Part shown: one piece after another, positions 1 through 10,050 of the stretch
Layout: the number at the start of each line of letters is the position of its first letter
How positions within the stretch are numbered: position 1 is the stretch's first letter
Source: Ginglymostoma cirratum
Lineage: Eukaryota
DNA length: 64,000 nt
Assembly: GCA_024137785.1 (NCBI GenBank)
Contig: JAHRHZ010000022.1
Coordinates: 23,637,434 to 23,701,433 of the forward strand
Direction of reading: 5' to 3'
Translations under genes and position numbers: made by a program
Notes under the pieces: generated by a model
The model's input: only the letters and a program-made list of their open reading frames with translations
What the model was told of the DNA's origin: nothing
The model's database searches: none

Positions 1-67
1 AAACGTCAGCTTTCCTGCTCCTTGGCCTGCTGTGTTCATCCAGCTCTACACCTTGTTATCTCAGACT
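1..67 (+). mobile_element. Penelope-like element terminus fragment (family A), cut by the window edge
   Basis: AAACGTCAGCTTTCCTGCTC...GGCCTGCTGTGTTCATCCAGCTCTACACCTTGTTATCTC matches the copies at 19111-19203 and 45770-45835. Confidence 0.8.
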
Positions 68-2051
68 ATGTAAGCACCCTGATATTCTGCCCTGTCACAT
101 TTTGTGTGTCATCTTAGCTCTCATTGTATTCTTGCAGTCACATGTGTGTGGTCGTACATTAGAATCATAAGTGGTTAACAGATGGTCCTTGTCACCAGTA
201 ACCTTCCTCAGGTTTGTCCTGATGGCTAAGTTGCTGATGATATGGTGGACTGCTACAGCAAAAAAACCCATCATGACTGCATGACTCATGAAAGCATTAA
301 ACTAAATAATGCACTGTGATGGTAGCACACATTGAAGCGCATCTTTGAATGTATATCTAGCACCCACAAAGTGATGTGTGTGCAGCCAATGTAATCATAC
401 ACCTTGTGTATGAAGCTTGCTAGCCTGGTAAAACTGTGTGCTCACTTCTCTTAAGCCAGAAAGTAAAACATGTATTCTGTTCACTTCCTGTACACAGCTG
501 CAGTGTTTTCCCTCATCTGACAGTGGATCACAAACTGGGAGATATTGAAAACGTAGCACGTTTAAGCTAGAAGGAACTGGAAGCAAAAGAAAATCGAGGC
601 CGTAGCTACCTTTCAGAGTCATTGGCTGTGTCACGTCACCCTGCTTTGAGGCTTCAGATATATCTGCTCAACGCAGCATGTCTCACTAAGTACATGTCAC
701 TCAAATTTCACACACACTGTTCCTCACTGAGATTGAGCTCAGAGAAATGCTCTCTGGGCAGATATAGTCTCTGGCTTATCACTCTTCCTTCCTCCTCCCT
801 CTGAGCAGCTCATTTTCCTCAAAGTTGCCTCTGATCAGTTCCCCACCATGTCGCAGGCTTAGGGTGAGAGAAATTAGAGCACAGGAATGCTGTGAGAAGG
901 ACCCTAGAAGAGGGAACCTCCACCTTTTGCCACACCACTCCCTCTAGACTTCAACTTTAAGTAACAGTGCAAATCACCAAACACTATTACCCACTCAGCC
1001 ACAGGCTGTAGAAATCAATCAGCAAACATGGGCTAAACCAAGGTGTCTGTTGCAGCATTCACTTCAATAATATTTCTGTTCACATCATTATCTACTAATT
1101 TTGTCTTCTTCCACAGCACATTCCCAGGTACCATGTTGGCACTGGACAGGACTCACAATGCTAAGAAAACTGACATTACTCCAGCAGGATTTAGGCATTA
1201 GATATCAGTCATTAGACCAGATATCACACCATAACACATCACAACACATCCAGAATTCAAAGCATAGCCAACATCAGATAACATCCAGTATCACACCAGA
1301 TGTCACTTTTTTTTAAATTCAGAGATCAAACTGATATCCATATTGCATCTGATTAGTTATCACACTATTTAGCATATCATACACAGATATCACTACAGTT
1401 GTGATATTTGGTGTGTTACTCAGTGACTGTTGCTGTGATATACAGTTTGAGATCTTATTTTGATATAAGAAACAATAGCATTTAAGTGTGATCACCTGAT
1501 TGGATTTCTGCCAAACATTATTTTCTTTACCAATTCCACCATTTTCACAATGAATAACCAAAAGCATTGAAAAGATAAATAAGTGTTTAAAAGACTTTTC
1601 AGTGTTTTCCACTATCATGGAGATTAATCTCCAATTTTGGGAGATTTCAGTACTATCTTAGTTGGCTGACAACTATAGATGTGTGGTTCTGTGCCTCCCC
1701 GAGAAATGCATTGCACCAGGTTTCATCAGGGAGTTGATAGCCTATTCACTCACTAAATGTGGTTAGCCCCTTGACAACTTGGCAGCTAATGTTTTATCAA
1801 AAAAATGACAGAATGCCTAGAAGTGGCCTCCTGCTCTGGAAAGAATTGATGATGCCAACCAAAAATCCCTTTTAAAAGCCAATCAAGATAGTTGATCCAG
1901 CAATCCAGATTAATCAATTTAAATATGGACTGGCCCTTTAGAAATTGCACCACAGGCAGCTCACCATTCTCCATAACAATGGTCCAAGTTGATTGTAAAA
2001 GTTTACAATTTACAGTCAATGGAGATGTGGCCAACTACGGTCCTACCTTCA

Positions 2052-2397
2052 GGTAGTACGGTGGCTCAACAGTTAGTTCTGCTGCCTCACAGCAACAGGG
2101 TTCGATTCTACCCTCTGGCAACCATCTGTGTGGAGTTAGCACATTCTCCCCATTTCTGTGTGGGTTTCCTCCTGCTGCTCTGGTTTCCTCCCACAGTCCA
2201 AAGGTGTGCAGGTAAACTGGACTGGTCATGCTAAATTGCCCATAATATCCAGTGATGAGCAGACTAGGTGGATTAGCCATGGGAAATGCAGGCTTACAGG
2301 ATGAGGTGGGGGTGTTGTGGGTGGAATACTCTGAGGGGTAGGCATGGACTCAATGGACTGAATGGCCAATTTCCACATTGTAGAGTTTCGATGATTT
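2052..2397 (+). mobile_element. HE1-type V-SINE
   Basis: tRNA-like head (GTGGCTCAACAGTTAG...GGGTTCGATTC), V-domain (TGTGTGGAGTTAGCACATTCTCCCC...GGTTTCCTCCCACAGTCCAAAG) and CR1-like tail. Confidence 0.85.
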
Positions 2398-2399
2398 TA

Positions 2400-3340
2400 T
2401 GAAGATTAACAATCTAGCCATCTACATCAAGGAGTAGAACAGCTACAACTACATTGTCGTCTTCTGAAAAGTAGGTAAAGTTGATGGAATTTAGAAGACT
2501 GGGCACTTGCCTTTGATATCAATCATGCCTATGACATCAAACAACCACACATACCTCTTGTGAGAGACTGCTGATAGATTTTCATGTCACTTAAGACCCA
2601 GCCACAGCACTCAGATTCACTGAATGTACCTGGATGTCATCCTAGCCAGGATACTTACCCACTGGCAATACATTACCAGCACCAGCCAAACCATTTTTAA
2701 AAAAAAAAAATCAGCAAGTACCTGCTGTGGAAACTCCATGGAATGTCACAGCACAGCCAGAAAACCTCACCAAACCCTGTTGTAGTCAGCTGCAGAATTC
2801 AACTTTGCCTCATGTCTACTCCATTGCTTCATCAAGATCATGGATGTTCTGGGAGGCTCAAGTCTAAACCAACTGGCAGCTCTTGGTGCTGTTCTACATT
2901 ATCCATTCATGGTGCTCCAAGAGATGAGAATATTTGTGAACGACACCGCTTTTCAAAAGACTTTAAATATGCACCAAGCAACTGCTTAAATCACACCAGC
3001 CACTCTGAGAAATGGCAGTCATTATTCCCGCTAGTACTGACCCATGACCCTGATGGATGGAAGTAAAAGGCCATACACCATTCCAAAAACAAAACGTCAG
3101 TGACTCAACAGCAAAGATCCTGGTTCCTTGAAGATATGGATAGTGAATCTAATCCGTGCAGATCATGGACAATGAGGTCAACTGTTGCTCAAGTGGATGA
3201 TGAAGGATGAAGCAAAGTACAATTGGGGGCTGTGATTCCAGTCCATATGGACAGCATCACATTAAACTACCCAGTAAGATCTGTGTAGGAAGACTTCATC
3301 CTTCCACTCAGCATCTTAGGAAGTCACCACACAGATATTC
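2400..3340 (+). mobile_element. Decayed Ingi/Vingi-like (I-group) LINE, 3' part of the ORF
   Basis: Broken frames read YLDVILARILT (cf. YLGVxLDRTLT), LLWKLHG, LL*SAAEF and LIRADHGQ*GQLLLKW (cf. NRxRTGHGRC...KW before the CCHC motif). It may extend upstream of the HE1 insertion. Confidence 0.55.
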
Positions 3341-3360
3341 AAACCAGACAACATATTATC

Positions 3361-3441
3361 AGAGATAGTAGGAACTGCCGATGCTGGAGAATCGGAGATA
3401 AAACGTTGTGGAGCTGGATGAACACAGCAGGCCGAGCAGCT
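3361..3441 (-). mobile_element. Penelope-like terminus fragment (family A), truncated before the ribozyme core
   Basis: AGAGATAGTAGGAACTGCCGATGCTGGAGAATC...GAGCTGGATGAACACAGCAGGCC is shared with the other copies. Confidence 0.75.
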
Positions 3442-4659
3442 CGTTTTATAACATTATCAGCTTCCTTTTCCTATTGCACATAGGGGAAAGAGTTCGTCAG
3501 GCACTTTTCTTATTGGAACAGTTCAGAAACACAACTGAAAAGGGCACTAAGCTTTCCGGACAATACCACCGTGTCAGCACCAATGTGAGTCCGTAGTGAA
3601 TCTCCAGCTAGCTCAGGTATTTTCTCCAGCCAGCTCTGCAATGCTGCAGCATGTACTATATAGAGGAGCTGGTAAAGCTGCTAAAATTGGCTGCTAAGGG
3701 TTAAAGTGACAAAAGTCAGTTTGTTATGAAATCGAGGAGCGATTAACTGGACCAAATTGTACTTGAACTCGCACAGTTTAAGATACGGCTAGTGCTATTA
3801 ACATTTAAATTATTTGAACACTTGTGGATTTTACCAGTTCTTCAGTTTTTGTTTTGTCTTGAATGCTTCTGGTGGCTCCAACCTTTTTTTTAAAACAAAA
3901 ACACAAATCGAAACCAGCAGCACATTCGGCTCAAGCAGCAGGGAGTGAGTTCCAAGGCAACTTGTTCTAATAGGGTGATCTCCAGCAAACAGAAAGAAAT
4001 CAGCCCTGATCACAGAATAGTGCCTCAATAAACCTGACTCCCGCTGATTTGGAGGGGTGATGGAGAGGGGTCGGGGGGGGGGTTGCATTAATTAGTCGGT
4101 AGTCTTAGGTAGGAGAGTGGCAAGGAATCAATCGCTGTCTTAACACAGAATTTACCCTGATGCACTAGCCAATATTTATCCCTCAATCAACGTCACTAAA
4201 GCAGGTCATTATCACAATGCCGTGGGTTTTTTTTTAAAAGCATCAAATTTAAACATAGAAAGAGGCCACGAGACCCACTGCTCGTCTGTGCCGTGTCTCC
4301 TTCCTTGCTCTGCTTCATTTTCACCCTCACAGCAAATCCTGCTTAACCCCTTGTTATTTACAAACTAAGGCTGGGCCAAAGTGGCCTGTTTAAAAGTGCC
4401 TCAGCCGGCCCGGGTGAGAAGCCATCTGGTTGTGTTTCGCCGAGAGACTCTATGCCTGTGACAAACAGAGAGATAATGTCAGTGCAACCATCAACAGATA
4501 AAGCAACATCTGCTGCTCTTGACACCCACCATTGTCAGGCAAGTTTTATCTTTCCCTGTCCTCCCGTTAAACGCAGACAAACAGCTCCCTATATTGTATT
4601 TTGCCACGCAATTAGCACGCTTTCCTATCCACCCCAGACCTTCCCCCCCAACCCCTGAC

Positions 4660-4985
4660 CAACCCTCCCCGGAAATAAAAGCGGAACAATTCGCCTTTAA
4701 TAGCATCAGCTGCGGGAAAGAGTGGCACCGGTTGGTGTAACGGGGCTGTCAGTATTGAGCAGGAAGCAGGACACTTTCCACCAATAGTCATTGGCCAAGC
4801 GTGTAGAAGCCAATCGGCGGCTGTTTTCGCCTTCCGATAGGGACATCGCTGTTTTCCCGACAGTTCAGTGAGGCAGCGTGGCGGAAAATTGAGTCCAGAT
4901 TCATTAGGTTTCTTCAGTGCGCTGCTCAAGTCAGTTTAAATTGATACATTTCCTAACAAAATTGAAGTGCTTTCCGCGGTGCCAA
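4660..4985. promoter_or_regulatory. CpG-rich promoter-like region with CCAAT boxes and E2F-like sites
   Basis: CCAAT at 4781, ATTGG at 4790 and AGCCAATCGG at 4808-4817. E2F-like GCGGGAAA at 4712-4719, TGGCGGAAAA at 4879-4888 and TTTCCGCGG at 4971-4979. CpGs are retained against a depleted background. Confidence 0.55.
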
Positions 4986-5086
4986 ACGGAAAGGATTCTG
5001 ACCCTGATCGCCCCACTGAGCAGTCAGAACGAGTTGATGGATCCATTAGGCTTGCTTAGGCTGCTTTTCCTCTCTCTCCATCTCAG

Positions 5087-5213
5087 GCTGACACTAAATC
5101 TGAACCAATTTCAAACTCTAATCATCATTACAAACCTCTCCACTGTTCATTTATTACCACAGCCATTCTACGACACACTGCAGATAGTTCAGAGCCTACT
5201 CCGAGATACCTTG
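5087..5213 (+). other. Candidate 127-nt exon, product unknown and possibly non-coding
   Basis: Acceptor CTTTTCCTCTCTCTCCATCTCAG| and donor TTG|GTAAGG, just downstream of the promoter-like patch. Confidence 0.3.
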
Positions 5214-6139
5214 GTAAGGTGGGCATTTTAACTTTTTACAAACCCAGTCAAATGCAAACAAGTATATAATGCCAGATTTTAAACTAAATTGTGCTCACGA
5301 AAGCATCTGTTACCCTCTGTGTTTTATCAGAATCCTCATAAGGTTGGTTCAACCCACATCAGGCACAACTGATAAGGTGTAAAGCAGACTGCATGCATTA
5401 GGTGAGATTGAAAGCTCTTTACCAATCAATACCTCCATTCAGATCAATGAGATGTCCCTTTCAAAAGGAGAGAGAACAAAGAAAGTGCACCCTCCCTGGA
5501 GTAACATGTTAACAACTCTCTCATTGCTTGCAAGCAGCACCTTCTGTGCCTTTAACCCAAAGGCTCCAGTCAAGTGCTTAACTTGTCTTTCGATGAGGGC
5601 CTGTTCACTGACTGAATGCAAAGATAAATTGGGAGACGTCTGTGCATCTGTGCTGAGTAGAATGGAGAATGCAGGAGAAAAATCTGTGGCTTTTTTCTGT
5701 CCCTTCTCTTTCTGTGCCGATCAGTTGAGTGCCTTGGAGACTGGAGGGGAGATACCCAGTGTCAATTGCAGTATTGTTACCGTTGCAGTATGTAGTTTTC
5801 AAACCCAACCACAATAACTTGCCTTTGTATAGCATCTTTAAAAGAACTCATCTGGGGAAGTTGTCGCATCCAAAACATTGCATGCTTTGCACATTTTATA
5901 ATGACTCAGATGCAACGATAGTTAGGTTGTGGGTGTAAAGCAGTTGTTTATTAGGATTTCTTTACCCCTTCTACACACAACATCAATTTCACCACGCAAA
6001 CCTCCCAGCACCACCTCTAGCCCTGCCTCCCCTGAACAACTGCACCACTCCACTCTGGGCAGGTTCACATTAACTCTTAGCTCAGAGTTATTGGTTCTGG
6101 ATTCAAGCCTCAGTTTAGGACCTTGACCAGACAGACATT

Positions 6140-6700
6140 ACAGTGCAATACTGGGGGAGAGTTCGAAGGAGACTTCCAACCAGTCTTCCAACTGCCCTCT
6201 CAGGTAGATCTGAAAGATTCCTGGCCCTATTTGAAGAAGAACAGGAGATCCTTGGTATTCTGGTCCATACTTATCCCTCACTGAAACATGTCTGTTTATT
6301 ATCTCATTGCCGTTTTTGGGATCTTTATGGTGTAAATTGGTTGTTTGATCTCCTACATTAGTACAGTAACTAACTTTAAAAGTATTTCCAAACCAAAAGA
6401 ATTGCGGATGCTGTAAATCAGGAAGAAAAACAAAGTTGCTGGAAAAGCCCAGCAGGTCTGGCAACATCTGTGAAGGAAAAATCAGAGTTAGTGTTTCGGG
6501 TCCGGTGACCCTTCCTCAGTTCTGAGGAAGGGTCACCGGACCCAAAACGTTAACTCTGTTTTTAACTTCACAGATGCTGCCAGACCTGCCGCGGTTTTCC
6601 AGCAACTTTGTTTTAGTTCAAAAGTATTTCATTGGCTTTGAAGTGCTTTGGGACATCTCAAGGCTGTGAAAGGCACTATATAAATGTAAGTTATTTCTTT
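6140..6700 (+). mobile_element. DeuSINE (SacSINE1/AmnSINE1-like) interrupted by a Penelope-like hairpin
   Basis: Deu domain and tail CCTACATTA...AAAAGTATTTC|ATTGGCTTTGAAGTGCTTTGGGACATC...GAAAGGCACTATATAAATGTAAG. Confidence 0.7.
6389..6619. mobile_element. Penelope-like inverted terminus pair (family B) with two decayed hammerhead motifs
   Basis: Inverted repeat centred at CTTCCTCAG-TT-CTGAGGAAG (6511-6530). TSD AAAAGTATTTC at 6378-6388 and 6620-6630. Confidence 0.85.
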
Positions 6701-7449
6701 ATTTAGACCCTGCCCTGCAGTTATGGGCACAGGAGACCAGCTGTCAATGAAATTCAGGCCAATTTCTATTTAACATATCTGAAATGTCAGTGCTCTTTCA
6801 CATGGTGCCCTGATTTCAGGAGGAATGAGCTGTCACAGAGGTCAAACTGAAAAATGCTGATTGGGCATTGACCCAAAATGAGGAAAGGGTGGAGAAGTGT
6901 TATCAGGCGCCTTCAGAACTGTCCTGGCCATCCCATACTACAGTGGCATTTTGACTTTTATGTTTCACCCTTCCTGGAAGAATCACTTGCCATGAGTCGG
7001 AAGATTATGGGTTCAAAGGAATTGGTAGATAAGAAAAATAGAAAGCATCTTGTGCTTCACTTCCATCGTAATGATCAATCTCTTATTAATTGATCCATCC
7101 CAGTGTAGGACATGTGGTGAGGAAAATCTCAATAGTTGAATAGTTGAGGAGCCTTGGTCCAAAGATATCTTTTTTTTTAACCTTCTCCCAATGTTCACCA
7201 CTTCTTATATGTTTAATTACCCATCGACTGATAATGTAAACTATTAAACAATACTCCCAGGATCTGAACGCATATTCTAGGCTGGCAATCTAGTACCGTA
7301 CTGTCAAAGGGCTCTGTGGGTGGATTAAACAATCCACTGCCTGATTTTGATGAAGGGAAAGGACAGCCGTTGTCCAACATTCTTCCCTTCAAAATCAACA
7401 GGAAATAATTCACAGAAAACAGCCAGCCTACACCCTACGGTATTGCACT

Positions 7450-7845
7450 GTAGCTAATGGCAGAGCTGGTAACACCCTCATCACTGACTCAAGGTCATGG
7501 ATTCAAGGACCGCTCCACAGACTTATGTACAAAATCTAGGCTGTCAATACCAGTGCAGGAGTGCTGCACTGTCAGAGGTGCTATTTCTCATATGACATAT
7601 TAAACCCAAGACCCTAACCTATTCAATCTCTTTACTCCAAAAAGAATAGGGCATTGGCCAAAAGCTACCTCTCAACCAACAATACTTAAAAAAAGAACAA
7701 ATTATGTAGTTGGAATTTCATTTGTTATTTGTGGGAACTTGCTCTACACAAATTTACTGTTGTGCTTCTTATACTATAACAGTAATTACATTTCCAAAAT
7801 GTAAGCCTTGGACATCCTAAGATTTTGCAAGGTGCATGTCTTTCC
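7450..7845 (+). mobile_element. DeuSINE, near full length
   Basis: tRNA-like head (GGATTCAAG..CCGCTCCACAGACTT), GTGCTGCACTGTCAGAGGTGC core and Deu domain (TTTGTGGGAACTTGCT...CAAATT). Confidence 0.7.
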
Positions 7846-8596
7846 TCTGTCAATCTCCCCCATCCCTTACCACCAAAAAAATGATGGAATAATTTCTTAG
7901 CGGGGTGGGGAGAGGGGATGTGGGGATTGGAGAAACATGGAGGTTTTGAGAAGAAAAACTAGGAAATGGCCCATTTTTCTCTCAGTTAATGAGCTGTCGA
8001 TGAAATTACGAGAACATGAGGTCTTGGAACTCCAGCCCTCCTCAATCCAATGAAGTCTACTATCAACAACGCTCACTTGATGGATTGAGCTGTGCCCAGC
8101 TGGTAGCCATAGTAACGCGGAGATTTGAATGTAATTTCTTTAAGGAGGACATAGCCCCTTATTGAAATATCCAGAGGCAAAACCAGTCCTGGGTTGATGA
8201 CTGGAATCATGCATTTGCTTCAAGTCAGGTGGTCAATCCTTTTGGATGGATTCCTGGAGATATCATCACATCATGCTCAAAACACACCACACACCACCCC
8301 CCAAACCACCCATATTTGTCCCATTGGTCACAATTGTCATTGTTCTGACTTCTCACAGCCAATCAGATAGATTCTTTAACAGAGGTGAATCAAGGGTTCG
8401 GGGAGATAAAGCAGGAAAGTGGACACAAGGAATGTCATGATCCTATTGAATGATAGAGCAAGCTTGAAGGGCTGAATGGGTGACTCCTGTTCCTATTTCT
8501 TGTGGTGTTATGGAGAGAAAGAAGTTTCCTTATTAATACAATACAGGAACGGGCCTGTTGGCCTACCAAACCTGGGCTGATTCATTTTTTTAATAT

Positions 8597-8940
8597 AGAA
8601 TCTCTACAGTGTGAAAATAGACCACTGGCTCAACAGGTTCACACTGACACCGAAGAACGCTCAGCCCAGACCCAACCCCTTATCCTTTCCCTGTAACCCT
8701 GCATTTCCCATGGCTAACATACCTGACCTACACATCCCTGAACACTTTGGGGCCATTTAGCAATCCACCTAACCTGCACATCTTTGGACTGTGGGAGGAA
8801 ACCAGAGCACCTTGTGGAAACCCACTCAAACACAGGAGAATGTACAAACTCCACACAGACAGTTGCCTAAGGGTGGGATCAAACTCAAGTCCCTGGTGCT
8901 GTGAAGTAGCAGTGCTAACCACTGAGCCACTGTGCTGCCC
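8597..8940 (-). mobile_element. HE1-type V-SINE
   Basis: Reverse complement of the HE1 head and V-domain (CTTTGGACTGTGGGAGGAAACC, CAAACTCCACACAGAC, GTGCTAACCACTGAGCCAC). Confidence 0.85.
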
Positions 8941-9279
8941 ATTCTAATCCTTATTTAGTGAGTTGGATGATTCTTGACTTTCAACTCCTTTATCCCCACA
9001 TCAAATATTTGTATTTGTAATTTGACAAAAACAAAACTTTAAAACAAAGCAAACACCTCTTTCTTTTAGTTGTTATTTTTTCCCCCCAGGAAACAGCATC
9101 CAGGAGGTTAATCTTTAACCCCTGAAAAATCTAGGACAATCCTAGTGGGTTGAAAATCTCTAATCATTTCATAGAACATAAGTGAATGTTCAGAAGGAAT
9201 TATGCAATTTAAAGAAAAGTCTTCTCTCTGGCTGTATAAATCGGTGCTTTTTTTCTAACTTGGACTTTTCTTGCATTTC

Positions 9280-9313
9280 AGTCCTGACAAGTACAAGATG
9301 AAAAGCTTCGACT
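9280..9313 (+). ncRNA. Decayed minimal hammerhead-like motif (family C)
   Basis: AGTC-CTGACAA-GTACAAGAT-GAAA-AGCTT-C-GACT gives helix I AGTC/GACT and palindromic helix III AAGCTT. The core has G8 changed to A. Confidence 0.45.
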
Positions 9314-9469
9314 TCATTTTTTTTTAAGCACAGAGCTGCATGGGCATTTTAGTTTAACTGTAGCACTGCATGGATATAGGGCATGAACAAATGGAGCAGC
9401 TCGTATAGATTAAAGATGAGTTTGAATTAGTGACAGAACAAAATTAGCAATTCTGGTTGACCAATGACT

Positions 9470-10050
9470 TGCATTTAAGTAGTGCCTTTAGTATAATTAT
9501 AACAGATCTCAAGGCACTTCACAGTAACCTTACCAGACGCAATTTAGTGCTGAGATACATAAGAAGCTAATAGGGCAATTTGATCAATGAAGTAGCCTTT
9601 AAGTAGTGCCTTAAAGGATTGTGGAGCAATAGGAAGGGAAAGAAGTTTAAGGATGGAATTTCAGAGCTTAAGATCTGGACATCTGAATGCTTCCCAATAG
9701 TAGAGTGATGAAAATGGAGATGGTCAAAGTCATCAGGGGCAGGTGGGAATGTAGGTTTGAAGTGACAATCAGATCAGCTGTGATCTTATTGAATGGTGGA
9801 GCAAGGGAGGGGTTGGAGTGGTGCTGAATGGCTCTTAATTAACATGTTTGTGTGTAGCTCAGAACTGGAGGACTGTAGCACTCTCAGAGGCTGAAGAATG
9901 TTATGGAGAGTGGGAGAAACAAGGACACTAAGACAAGAACTTGAGGCATTGCCAGATTGGGAGTCAGTGTTCGTCAGTGAGCACAGGAACTGATGTTTAA
10001 ATAGGACTTAATGGCAGGGCTACAAGCATGGAAATTTTGGATGGGCTGAA
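9470..10050 (-). mobile_element. L2-like LINE 3' end with a nested CR1 tail fragment (about 9735-9850)
   Basis: ACTTGCATTTAAGTAGTGCCTTTA...AAGGCACTTCACAG...GGAATTTCAGAGCTTA, related to 13670-13975, 27330-27612 and 33285-33520. Confidence 0.5.

Noticed and set aside
95-289. Possible Harbinger transposase N-terminal fragment
   Set aside because: Only a vague resemblance (FFA...AVH...VT), too weak to call.
3910-3940. miR-15/497-like sequence CAGCAGCACATT
   Set aside because: Only the seed matches, and there is no complementary arm for a pre-miRNA hairpin.
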